From IMG/VR virus record IMGVR_UViG_3300016672_000183, positions 1-37,448 of that record: DNA of 37,448 nt. One strand, written 5' to 3'. Of the stretch, positions 8,043-16,502 are shown piece after piece. Origin of the DNA: a virus (taxonomy: Duplodnaviria > Caudoviricetes). The position numbers were made by a program, and so were the translations under genes. Below the pieces are notes generated by a model, which worked only from the letters and a program-made list of their open reading frames with translations, had not been told where the DNA came from and ran no database searches. Positions within the stretch are counted from its first letter, which is position 1. Every line of letters starts with the position of its first letter.

Positions 8043-10057
8043 TTAACTATCACCATGATTGGTTTCTGGGTGTCCGGGTCGATCTGCACCCGGCCGGCGT
8101 TCAGCAGGTAATAAGAGCCTTCCTTGCCCGGTACCGGCATCAGCGGCATGTCCTCCAACTGGCTGACCGGGATCTTGCTGTTTTTGGCCATGCCCTCAAT
8201 TTGCATGTCCACGGACTTGTTGAAGTCGTCGTCGCCCATCCCGTATGGCTTGATCACCTTGGCGCCTGCCCGCTCAGCCACACCACCGGTGGCCATGTTG
8301 AAAGCCGCCGCGGATGTCTTGCTGTCGAGGTCGTCGCCCTCGTCGTACTTCAAGCCCTTCGCGGCGGCGGTTCCCGCGTAAAGAGACTTAAATGCCAGGT
8401 AGGCCTGCTCCCGCTGTGGCGTGCCAGGGGTGAGCGATGCGCCCGCATGCTCGTCGAAGGCATCACGGAAAAACTTGTCCTTGGGCATCGGTACCGACTT
8501 GTCATTCAAAACCTTAGCCCCGGCCAGCAGGGTGCGCGGAACGTCCGTGCCGTCGGCGCCTTTCAGGTTGCGGAACTGCGCCATGCCGGCGAGCGTGGCG
8601 ATTGGGTCATCACCGACAATCGGCTTGAGCGCGGCGGCAAATGCCGCGCCCGATGGGGCTGACCCGGCGATGACACCAAACACCTGCAGCTTGGTGCTGT
8701 CGTCAGCCTGCTTGACCATCGCCGACAGCATTACCTGCTCTTCCGGCTTCCATGGGTTTCGGTTGACCTCTGGGCCATATGCATTGCGCACGGAATCCAC
8801 AACGACGAAGCGGTCGGCGATCTGTTCGCCCAGCTTCTGCTGGCCCTCAGGGGTGGTGACTCCCGAAACGTCCAGCGGCGCCACATCGGCGCCGGTTCGC
8901 ATCGCATTGAAGGTCAGCGGGTTTTCCCGCATCAGCTTGACGTTGTTGTCCACTGCGGTCTGCAAGCGCGTCAGGTTGGCTTGCTGGGCAACGGTTGCCC
9001 CCTTGGACTGCATCTGTTGGCGCTGCTGGTCAATGTACTGCTGGGCAACGGCTGGTGGCTGGCGCAACAGGCCCTGTACCTGCGTCATTTCCTGCATGCG
9101 CGTATTGAACTCGCCTGCTGCTGATGTCCCTTTCAGACCTGCTTGCCACTGCTGCTGAAGCGCTGGCGGCGGTGGTACTCCGGTAGCCGCCTGGCGATCC
9201 ATTTGGGTGAGGATTCGTTCGGCCTTTACTTCGCGAATTTCGGCTTGGCGCTGATTGTGCTCCTGTACCTGGAAGATTCGACCGGTGACGGTGTTGAGCA
9301 GTTGGTTGCGCTTCTGCGGGTCCAGCTTGCGGGCATAGAATCCGTCTTCAGCGGTGAGGTCATGTTCCAGTTTCTGCAAGCTCCCGATGCTTTCACGAGA
9401 CTCAATGACCCGCTGTGTGGCGTGCGTGGTCCAGTTTTGGTCTTTGAATTCCTGTTTCTTGCTGGCCCAGGCCTCGCCGAACGCCAGGTGCCCAGCGGTG
9501 TCGACATCCTCGGCATCCATGCGGGCATTGATCTGCTCGACGTTCGCGCCAGGCATGGCGGCATCCTTGCCTAGCATATCCATGCGCGATACCAGATCGC
9601 TCTGCGCTGACAGGATTCGACCCTTGGCGGCCGACGCCTGAATGTTTGCCAGCCCACCCAGCTGGATGCGCTTGAGTGAATTGCCAATCTCTCCCTGCTG
9701 TGCGGCGTCAAGACCCGGCGTATCAATAGGGTCAAGTTTCGATACTGCCGCGTTATAGGCTTCTGGCGCCTTGTCGTAGGACAGCTTGCCCACACGAATC
9801 TGTTCGTCCAGATCGGTGGCAATCGTCTTGATCTGCGACTCACGGTCGATCAGTGCGTTGCTTGCCTTCACCCTGGCCAGGGCCTGGTCCTGCTTGTTGA
9901 TGTTGTCCAGTACGCCCAGGGCTGCGCTCTGAACGGTGCTTGCAACCTGCTGCGCGGCCTGTGCTGGACCTCGCGGGTCCGTGGTGATTACGCGATTCTG
10001 CTGCGCCTCTGGCTGAACCGCTACCTGTGCGAAATTACCCAACGGGATCTGTGCCAT
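8039..10057 (-). CDS. Internal virion / ejection protein (672 aa)
   Basis: MAQIPLG start, Gln/Ala-rich helical protein in the T7 gp15-like position. Confidence 0.6.
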   Translation of the reverse strand: MAQIPLGNFAQVAVQPEAQQNRVITTDPRGPAQAAQQVASTVQSAALGVLDNINKQDQALARVKASNALIDRESQIKTIATDLDEQIRVGKLSYDKAPEAYNAAVSKLDPIDTPGLDAAQQGEIGNSLKRIQLGGLANIQASAAKGRILSAQSDLVSRMDMLGKDAAMPGANVEQINARMDAEDVDTAGHLAFGEAWASKKQEFKDQNWTTHATQRVIESRESIGSLQKLEHDLTAEDGFYARKLDPQKRNQLLNTVTGRIFQVQEHNQRQAEIREVKAERILTQMDRQAATGVPPPPALQQQWQAGLKGTSAAGEFNTRMQEMTQVQGLLRQPPAVAQQYIDQQRQQMQSKGATVAQQANLTRLQTAVDNNVKLMRENPLTFNAMRTGADVAPLDVSGVTTPEGQQKLGEQIADRFVVVDSVRNAYGPEVNRNPWKPEEQVMLSAMVKQADDSTKLQVFGVIAGSAPSGAAFAAALKPIVGDDPIATLAGMAQFRNLKGADGTDVPRTLLAGAKVLNDKSVPMPKDKFFRDAFDEHAGASLTPGTPQREQAYLAFKSLYAGTAAAKGLKYDEGDDLDSKTSAAAFNMATGGVAERAGAKVIKPYGMGDDDFNKSVDMQIEGMAKNSKIPVSQLEDMPLMPVPGKEGSYYLLNAGRVQIDPDTQKPIMVIVK

Positions 10058-10575
10058 CAGTTGGACCCTCCAGCACTGGGAACCGTACCGTTCTTACCTG
10101 CTGCTGAAGCCTTCCAGGCCATGCCGGCTTGGGCGCCAGCAGAAAGCACGGTGCCGATCGACTGTGAATTGGCAGAGCTGCGCGCCTGGCTACCGGCCAG
10201 ACTGTAGTTGCTGGCATCTGCGTAACCGCGGGCCTTCTGGTTTTGCCCATTAAAAATGGTCAGCACAGCATCCTGCTCAGCGTTGCCGATGATCTCTTGG
10301 TTGATATTGATCGCAGTCCCCTCACCGGTCACTACGCCAGACCCAGCAAGCGCTGCATTGGCTTCGCTAGCCTGATTGCGAGCGAGTCGGCGGATACGGT
10401 CAGCCTGCACCACTGCGGCACTAGCTGCGTTATCAGCATCGTTTTGCGCCTGGTCCGACTGGGCGTTAGCATTGAGCTGCGCCTGTTTCCCTGATTGCTG
10501 GGTGCTGTACACCGAATACACGGTCGCCGCCGCCATTGCCGCGTATGCTGCCGCCCCTACTGCTCCTACGGCCAT
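10057..10575 (-). CDS. Small internal virion protein (T7 gp14-like position)
   Basis: Hydrophobic N-terminus, then QAQ/NA-rich helix with ALAGSGV motif. Confidence 0.6.
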   Translation of the reverse strand: MAVGAVGAAAYAAMAAATVYSVYSTQQSGKQAQLNANAQSDQAQNDADNAASAAVVQADRIRRLARNQASEANAALAGSGVVTGEGTAININQEIIGNAEQDAVLTIFNGQNQKARGYADASNYSLAGSQARSSANSQSIGTVLSAGAQAGMAWKASAAGKNGTVPSAGGSN

Positions 10576-10576
10576 A

Positions 10577-11020
10577 TCAGATCTCCATCATCAAAAGAGG
10601 GCCGATGTTGCGCAGACCCTGGGATTCATAAAGCCGGGTGGTGCCTTCAACGCTTACGCCGGTACCGATGCCCATGTAGATTTGCTTCGCGCCCTTGATC
10701 TTTGCCCACTCCTTGAACGACTGGATCAGCCGGATTGCAATCACACCATTGCGCTTTGTTGGTTCAACGAACAGGGAGTAGTCGTAGGCGATCAGGTCAT
10801 TGCTGAACCACTGATCAGTCACTGCGCCAGCCATACCACCGACTACCTCGCCGCGTACCTCGGCAACGAAAACAACGCCCTGGCCATTGATCAGTTCATG
10901 CAGGAAGGCAGCCGACTTGACCGGGCAAAAGCTCATGCTGGAATAACTGGTAGTGGCGTGCAGCAGTGTTCCCAGCTCGATCAGCCGGGGTACGTCGGAG
11001 TGTTTCGCGGGCCTGATCAT
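10577..11020 (-). CDS. GNAT-fold acetyltransferase-like protein (T7 gp13 position)
   Basis: MIRPAKHSDVPRL; LFVEPTKRNGVIAIRL (motif A); RLYESQGL (motif B). Confidence 0.8.
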   Translation of the reverse strand: MIRPAKHSDVPRLIELGTLLHATTSYSSMSFCPVKSAAFLHELINGQGVVFVAEVRGEVVGGMAGAVTDQWFSNDLIAYDYSLFVEPTKRNGVIAIRLIQSFKEWAKIKGAKQIYMGIGTGVSVEGTTRLYESQGLRNIGPLLMMEI

Positions 11021-11030
11021 GGGAAATACC

Positions 11031-13181
11031 TCAATCGTTGAACGACATTTTCTTGATGACGCACAGCAGGTGGAATGGCAGCGGCTGGTTCTGCTCGATG
11101 ACCAGGGAGGCCTGGCCGCGATCCCATCCAAGGTTTTCCATGCGGTGGTCACCGGTGAAAAGCACGGGCGGTTTGTCCAGGGCTTCTGATCCAAGGTTGC
11201 GGAATGCCACGGGCTGCCCATTGATCTCGCAGCCGGTTGTGTTCAAGAAGCGCAGTGTGATTTCGGCGATGCGCATGCTGTTGCCCTGGGCGCTGCCGGT
11301 ACCACCCTGAATTTCAGGGGTTAGGGTCTTGATCTGGGTCTTGAATGGCAGGCCGATCTGCACGGCGAAGGCATTGCGCGGGATGGTCACTTGCCCCGCG
11401 GTGACGACTTGCTGCTGCATCACCACGCCATCAGCGACGATATCGACAGTCTTCCCTTCCAGGTGGCCCAGACCGCTCCATACCGACGCTCCCGGCCCGC
11501 TGACGGCGGATATCCCACAATCAACCCGAATGCCTGAAGTGAAGCGCTCGACATACCTGGTCTGCACGCCGTTGATAGTGCGGCTCACGATGGCCCACAT
11601 CTGTTCACCGGTGGCGGTAGGGATCGAGGCGACCGATTCAAACTGGCCATCGGTGATCTGGCGGGCCCAACCCACCACATCCTGGTCACGGTCAACAGTG
11701 AGGGTGGCGATCACGCCATCAGCCCGCACCAGGAACAGAATTGACTCAGGCTCTTGCTGGTAGGCCATGTCGACGATGCCGGTCTCTGTGGCGTGCTCAG
11801 ACAATACGGACATGTCCGGCGCACCGTAGGCGTCGGAGTCGTACTTGTAGGCCATAGCGCGCAGCTTGCGGCCTGCCCGCTGCATGAAATACAGCTCGTT
11901 ACCGATCCGGACAGGCTTGACGTTGTTGCAGCCATAAACCGATTGGTTCTTGACCTGGATGTTCGTGGGGGTGATTGGCTTCTCAACGCCACCGGTGAGG
12001 CTGAACTCGCCGCCGTAGGTCAATGCAATCAATGCCTTGATCTGGGCCATGTGGGTGATTGGGTTGATCTGGTCGCTCGACACGGTAAACGACATGGCGT
12101 CGTCATCCTTGGTGCCAAGCTCGAAGTTCAAGTACTCACCGGTGCGTGATTCCCAGATGGTCTGCGGGTAGGCCGGCGAGCCAGCAGCAGCCAGGCGCTG
12201 TTCGTGCAAAGTGCCGGTGGATGGGTAACCATCAATGTCATTCCACACCGGCCCTTCCACTGACCAGGCATTGGCCGGCGATGCGACGGCCGAGGTGAGC
12301 GCAGCACGCACAATACCGGACACTACGGTGGAACTGGTGACTGCCTGAATTTCAACCAGGCCGCTGTTGATCTTCACGAAGTTACCCAGGTTCTCACTGC
12401 GCCATCCTGCGGCACCCAGCGTCAGGCTGATGACAACGCCCACGCTGCCGACAGCGCTTGGAGTTAGGTTTGTTTGAGGGGATCCTTTGATAGACCACGA
12501 GGTCATTGGTGTGACCGGGAATGCAGTGATGACCTGCACGGTTGCTACGGTCGCACTGGTCACGCCAGTGATCTTACCGATACCGCCGCCGGACCAAATC
12601 TCGCGCCCCACGTCGGCAGTCAGGAATGCGGCGACAGATGATGTGAACGTACGCCCAACGCCAACAGTGATATCGCTGATGGTGGCCGATGTAGTGAGGC
12701 TGATCCCCTTTTCATCAAACGGCTTTGTCACGAATGGCGCGGCCGCTAGGCTCCACTGCAGATCCGTGATACGGCGCAACCGGTAGATAGGCACTGCCGT
12801 GTTGAAAATGAACATGGTGTCGGCGCCCTGCACGTAATCGATCGTGCTGAGCATTGCCTCGGTGTACGGGCTGACCAGTTCAATCCCGGTATAGGTGCCG
12901 TCTGGGTAGAAGATCCGCACGTACAGGTCCCCGAACTCGCACATGTAGGACTGCGACTTGTTGAACACATACGGGATCAGGCGGGAGCGTTTGGCAGGAT
13001 ACTTGGTGGTGGCTGCGTACAGGGTGCCGTCGCGCCGCGTGCAGCCGCCGTGCACAAGGGGCCAGGCGTTTTGGATGATCTCGGCGCCGTTCTGGTACCG
13101 GGCAATATCGACCCGTCCCAGCATGCGCGGGGAAAGCTCGCCGGCGGTGAAGTTGGTTTGGTTGATCGTCAGGCGGGCCAT
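11031..13181 (-). CDS. Tail tubular protein B / nozzle
   Basis: QTNFTAGELSPRMLGRVD...GGCTRRDGT N-terminus, YVQGADTMF, PQTIWESRTGEYLNF; beta-rich, 716 aa. Confidence 0.85.
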   Translation of the reverse strand: MARLTINQTNFTAGELSPRMLGRVDIARYQNGAEIIQNAWPLVHGGCTRRDGTLYAATTKYPAKRSRLIPYVFNKSQSYMCEFGDLYVRIFYPDGTYTGIELVSPYTEAMLSTIDYVQGADTMFIFNTAVPIYRLRRITDLQWSLAAAPFVTKPFDEKGISLTTSATISDITVGVGRTFTSSVAAFLTADVGREIWSGGGIGKITGVTSATVATVQVITAFPVTPMTSWSIKGSPQTNLTPSAVGSVGVVISLTLGAAGWRSENLGNFVKINSGLVEIQAVTSSTVVSGIVRAALTSAVASPANAWSVEGPVWNDIDGYPSTGTLHEQRLAAAGSPAYPQTIWESRTGEYLNFELGTKDDDAMSFTVSSDQINPITHMAQIKALIALTYGGEFSLTGGVEKPITPTNIQVKNQSVYGCNNVKPVRIGNELYFMQRAGRKLRAMAYKYDSDAYGAPDMSVLSEHATETGIVDMAYQQEPESILFLVRADGVIATLTVDRDQDVVGWARQITDGQFESVASIPTATGEQMWAIVSRTINGVQTRYVERFTSGIRVDCGISAVSGPGASVWSGLGHLEGKTVDIVADGVVMQQQVVTAGQVTIPRNAFAVQIGLPFKTQIKTLTPEIQGGTGSAQGNSMRIAEITLRFLNTTGCEINGQPVAFRNLGSEALDKPPVLFTGDHRMENLGWDRGQASLVIEQNQPLPFHLLCVIKKMSFND

Positions 13182-13762
13182 TATCCGTTCGCCCCAAATC
13201 GAGAGCCATACAGACGTTCATCGCCGAGGGTCTGCGGCGGATCCTCTTGGCCGTCAACGGCGCGGGCGACCTTCTTGGCCATGGATAGTTTTTGCTCGAA
13301 GGTGGACTGCAATGCTGCTGACTGGGTGATCGGGTAAGCCATCGCACAAGCCATGGCCAGGGTGAGAAGGCCCACCAGACTGGCATCCCAGGTGTTTTCT
13401 ACTTCGTTCAGGCACACGTAGCGCAGTTCGACCGATGTGGCGTCGGCGAGGATGCTTCGACCCTCGACCAAGTAATCAATCTGGATGCCGGCTTGCCCAA
13501 CCTCCAGCACGCGCAGGAAGTCCGCCGGCAATTCAAACTGGTTGGCGTAGCCGAATGCTGGCGGCGTCGCGTCAGGCGCCAACAGCACGCGCTTGATGGT
13601 GCAGTTCCATGGATGGGTGCGCAGCAGGTCATCACGGATCGTCGGATACAGGTTCGCCGCCAGCTTCGCCCGGTCAACCGGCTCATTGAAGTCGTTGATG
13701 GTCTGGGCTCCCAGCATCAACAGGGCGTTGGAGCAGATCGAAACGCCGGTCGCCATGCTCAT
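13181..13762 (-). CDS. Tail tubular protein A / adaptor
   Basis: ICSNALLMLG...LRTHPWNCTIKR...FELPADFLRV motifs; SD GGAGG before ATG 13762. Confidence 0.8.
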   Translation of the reverse strand: MSMATGVSICSNALLMLGAQTINDFNEPVDRAKLAANLYPTIRDDLLRTHPWNCTIKRVLLAPDATPPAFGYANQFELPADFLRVLEVGQAGIQIDYLVEGRSILADATSVELRYVCLNEVENTWDASLVGLLTLAMACAMAYPITQSAALQSTFEQKLSMAKKVARAVDGQEDPPQTLGDERLYGSRFGANG

Positions 13763-13777
13763 GTAAAACCTCCAGAT

Positions 13778-13804
13778 AAAAAGACCGGGGCACAGGGCCC
13801 CGGT
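13778..13804 (-). terminator. Intrinsic terminator after capsid and decoration genes
   Basis: ACCGGGGC-CCTGT-GCCCCGGT followed by CTTTTT on minus strand; same position as T7 Tphi. Confidence 0.75.
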
Positions 13805-13835
13805 AAAGTTTTTGCCTTCCTTGGCGGCCCGTGAA

Positions 13836-14297
13836 TCAGTTCTGGCCGGCGTATACCGCGACCAGGGTGATGACCTGGCCAGCCAGCAAGGTCGCACCAG
13901 CCACTACGGAGCGCAGCTCGCTGGTGTCGGTTGCATCGCCAGGCTTAACCACGGTCACTTCGGCAAGTGCACCACTGGCGAACTGTGCTTCGGCCGGCAG
14001 CTTGGCAGCGGATGCAACAGACGAAGCGGCCATGTAGCGAGCAGGCGTAACGGGATCACCCAAGTTGAGGGTCGAGGACGCAGTACCAGCCGCGCAGTAG
14101 ATGGCGGTACCAGGCATCAGGCGCGCACCGAATGGCAGATAGCCCCACGAAATAATGTCGCCGATGGCCTGCCCACCCACTGGAACGGTGTAGGTGCTGA
14201 TGAATACCTGGAGGTCACCACCTTGAAGGTTAGGTTTGACCAGGGTTTGCGGGTAAGCCACTCGGGCTGCCGCGAGACTTGCGAGAACGGTTGCCAT
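13836..14297 (-). CDS. Putative capsid decoration / cement protein (153 aa)
   Basis: Small beta-rich ORF between capsid gene and terminator; LPFGARL motif. Confidence 0.6.
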   Translation of the reverse strand: MATVLASLAAARVAYPQTLVKPNLQGGDLQVFISTYTVPVGGQAIGDIISWGYLPFGARLMPGTAIYCAAGTASSTLNLGDPVTPARYMAASSVASAAKLPAEAQFASGALAEVTVVKPGDATDTSELRSVVAGATLLAGQVITLVAVYAGQN

Positions 14298-14342
14298 GAT
14301 TAAAGCTCCTGAATCAATGAGTTGGGTTGCGAAGCGCCTGGC

Positions 14343-15206
14343 TTATGGCTCAAGGCAAGCAATCTCCACCACTTTCTCTTCTTCGACCCGGACGGCGCCG
14401 ATAGACATCTTGGCGTAGATGCGAACGTTGAAGCCCTTACCTGGATCTTCACCAACCTTGGTCATGATGTCCGCGCCTTTGCCCAGGGTTACGCCGGACT
14501 TGGCGTAGGCGTACAGGAAGCGAGTGGTTGAGACCTTCGGGCAACGCTCGGTAGGGATCCAGTTGAAGCCCATCCACTTGCCGCGCACGCTGCCAGACAT
14601 GAGGAACTGGCCGGCCATCCAGTCCTGACTGGTCAACGTGGTATCGGCCAGGATTGCAGCCGCTGCGCCAGCGCTGTAGAGCATGTACAGCTCTTCGCCC
14701 GCTTCCTCGTCCGCCTCGTTGGTGCGGAACAGGGTTTTAGCCTGGATGATCTTGGCCTTGGTCAAGCCGGTACCGCCCACGGCGATCTTCTGCGTGGTTG
14801 GCAGGATGATGCTGCCGGTGGTGGCCCGGGAGTTACCGCCCAACGAACTGATGATTACGTCGTCTTTGGCACGGTTCAGCGATGCAACCATGGCTTTGAC
14901 GTAGTCCGACGTTGGGTCAACCAACATGCGGATCTTGTCTTGGTCGTCGACCATGTCGCCGTCTTCCCAGTCGTACAGGTCGACAAAGCGGGTCGAGTGC
15001 GGTTGATCGTTGATCGGGGTGTCGCCATGGCGCTGGGTGCGACGGGTTGCGGTGCGCTGACCCAGACGGTTGATGGACTTGGACATACCGACGATATTCG
15101 GCTCTTGAGCGACGGTGGTCTCAAGACGCGACGTGGACTGTTGGGCAACGTGGCGGAAGTTGTCAGCGAACTGCTGGACAAACGCCTCGGTAATTTGCTG
15201 GGACAT
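14343..15206 (-). CDS. Major capsid protein (287 aa)
   Basis: MSQQITEAFVQQF...DDQDKIRMLVDPTSDY...LNRAKDDVII...GAVRVEEEKVVEI; follows scaffold gene. Confidence 0.9.
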   Translation of the reverse strand: MSQQITEAFVQQFADNFRHVAQQSTSRLETTVAQEPNIVGMSKSINRLGQRTATRRTQRHGDTPINDQPHSTRFVDLYDWEDGDMVDDQDKIRMLVDPTSDYVKAMVASLNRAKDDVIISSLGGNSRATTGSIILPTTQKIAVGGTGLTKAKIIQAKTLFRTNEADEEAGEELYMLYSAGAAAAILADTTLTSQDWMAGQFLMSGSVRGKWMGFNWIPTERCPKVSTTRFLYAYAKSGVTLGKGADIMTKVGEDPGKGFNVRIYAKMSIGAVRVEEEKVVEIACLEP

Positions 15207-15359
15207 AAGATGCACTCCAATGCAGATAAGGGATTGCCTGCCGGTTGTCCGCATCGCGGGCCGGGATTACCTGGCGTGCATCGGCTTTGCTGCGCCTCGG
15301 GGCTTTCCGGTTGTCTGCATGCCATCGCAGGCCGGCCCATTGCTGGGATGCCTGCGATG
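15207..15359 (-). ncRNA. Structured capsid mRNA leader with twin bulged hairpins
   Basis: CCGG-C-CUGC-loop-GCAG-ACAA-CCGG (15307-15335) and CCGG-C-CCGC-loop-GCGG-ACAA-CCGG (15241-15264), with a compensatory pair change. Confidence 0.55.
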
Positions 15360-15394
15360 TTTGTGCATGGGGGGTGTCGGTTTCCCGACTATTT
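15357..15394 (-). promoter_or_regulatory. Putative late promoter C (ahead of capsid gene)
   Basis: AAATAGTCGG-GAAA-CCGAC (15376-15394), 13 nt spacer, AAACAT (15357-15362). Confidence 0.7.
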
Positions 15395-15405
15395 GAAGCG
15401 GGGCG

Positions 15406-16254
15406 TTAGAAGCGAGTCTTCGGCTTGTTGTACTTCTGGTCGTACATCGCATCCAGTTGAGCCTGAACGCCTGGGCGTTTCGGATCATGCGCGGGCAAGG
15501 CCTGTAACTGGCTGCGCAACTCTGCTGCCTTGACGGCGAAGTCCGCTTCGCTGACCTGGGCACCGCCGTTGATGGCACTGTCTTCCCTGAGTTCCTTGCC
15601 GATGTTGGCGGTGAACGCGATGAAGTCAGGGTCGTTGCCGTACTTGGCTTGGAGCGCGGCAAAGTTGCCCGGCTTACCTGGCTCGCTGGCGAACGCCTCG
15701 GCAGCACGGTAAGAGGCGCGCACGTTCTGGGCCATAGCCTGCTCATCACCCCATACGGCCTTGAGAGCTGCGGCGCAGTCCTGGGTACTGAGTTGCACAC
15801 CGCCCTCGACCAGACCTGGCGCCGCTTTCATGTACTCGCCGATAACGTACTGCACCTGATCATTGGTCAGGCCCTTTGCATGGGCGCCCTTCAAGAACGA
15901 TTGAGTGTCCGGATCGGCCTTGAATTCATCCCAATCGAAACCCTCTACGCCCTCCAGCTTGACCGCGTATTCATCGGCAGTCTTGGGCGGAACGTCACCG
16001 GACCCCAAGCGGGTTTCAAGGTGCTTGTAGGACTCGGCCAGCTTGCGGCTTGACTGATCCAGGTCGAGCGACCCATCTTCCTTGACCACGCGGTACTTCT
16101 CGGGGATGAAGTCGGCGGTGTTGGCGCCACTGTCCAGCACAGAGCCGGTGGGCGCGGTGGCTGTGGTTGGCGCCGCCGGCGTAGATGGGTCGCCGCCCTC
16201 GCCAGCTTCGGCCATGAAAAAATGGCCCAGTCGGCCATGGATAAACATGTTCAT
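15406..16254 (-). CDS. Capsid scaffolding protein
   Basis: Acidic, low-complexity N-terminus; IPEKY...KLAESYKHLETRLG, VWGDE, YGNDPDFI motifs; lies between portal and capsid genes. Confidence 0.8.
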   Translation of the reverse strand: MNMFIHGRLGHFFMAEAGEGGDPSTPAAPTTATAPTGSVLDSGANTADFIPEKYRVVKEDGSLDLDQSSRKLAESYKHLETRLGSGDVPPKTADEYAVKLEGVEGFDWDEFKADPDTQSFLKGAHAKGLTNDQVQYVIGEYMKAAPGLVEGGVQLSTQDCAAALKAVWGDEQAMAQNVRASYRAAEAFASEPGKPGNFAALQAKYGNDPDFIAFTANIGKELREDSAINGGAQVSEADFAVKAAELRSQLQALPAHDPKRPGVQAQLDAMYDQKYNKPKTRF

Positions 16255-16256
16255 CG

Positions 16257-16502
16257 TTATTCCTCTTGATCGTTGGGGTCGGCTTGGACGCCGTTGGCGC
16301 GGTTGATGCGGTTAACAACGTGGTCCAGGACTTCACGGGCCCCGGCTTGCTTGTACGTGGTGAGGATGGCGTCGATGCCGCCTACGGTGCATGCGTTCTT
16401 GGCAAAGCGCCGAACCAGCAGTTCCAGCACGATGCGACCCTCGTGGTGATCCTCAAACACGCGCTTGAACATGTCGTCGGTCTGCTCTGGGGTCAGGTTC
16501 AT
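16257..16502 (-). CDS. Conserved small head-module protein (Bbp19-like position)
   Basis: FKRVFEDHHEGRIVLELL...GAREVLDHV; lies between portal and scaffold genes. Confidence 0.6.
   Translation of the reverse strand: MNLTPEQTDDMFKRVFEDHHEGRIVLELLVRRFAKNACTVGGIDAILTTYKQAGAREVLDHVVNRINRANGVQADPNDQEE

Noticed and set aside
14298-14345. T7 10A/10B-type frameshift at the capsid gene end
   Set aside because: No slippery sequence seen; the next gene has its own SD (AGGAG) and ATG
15210-15224. RsmA/CsrA site at the capsid SD hairpin
   Set aside because: Loop context is UUGGA, not ANGGA; kept only as a possible SD-covering stem
15376-15394. Reading the dyad as a GNRA-loop boxB-like RNA hairpin (GUCGG-GAAA-CCGAC)
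   Set aside because: Loop varies (GAAC, GATT), one copy has a stem mismatch, and the fixed spacing to nAnnnT in all five copies favours a DNA promoter element; not fully excluded
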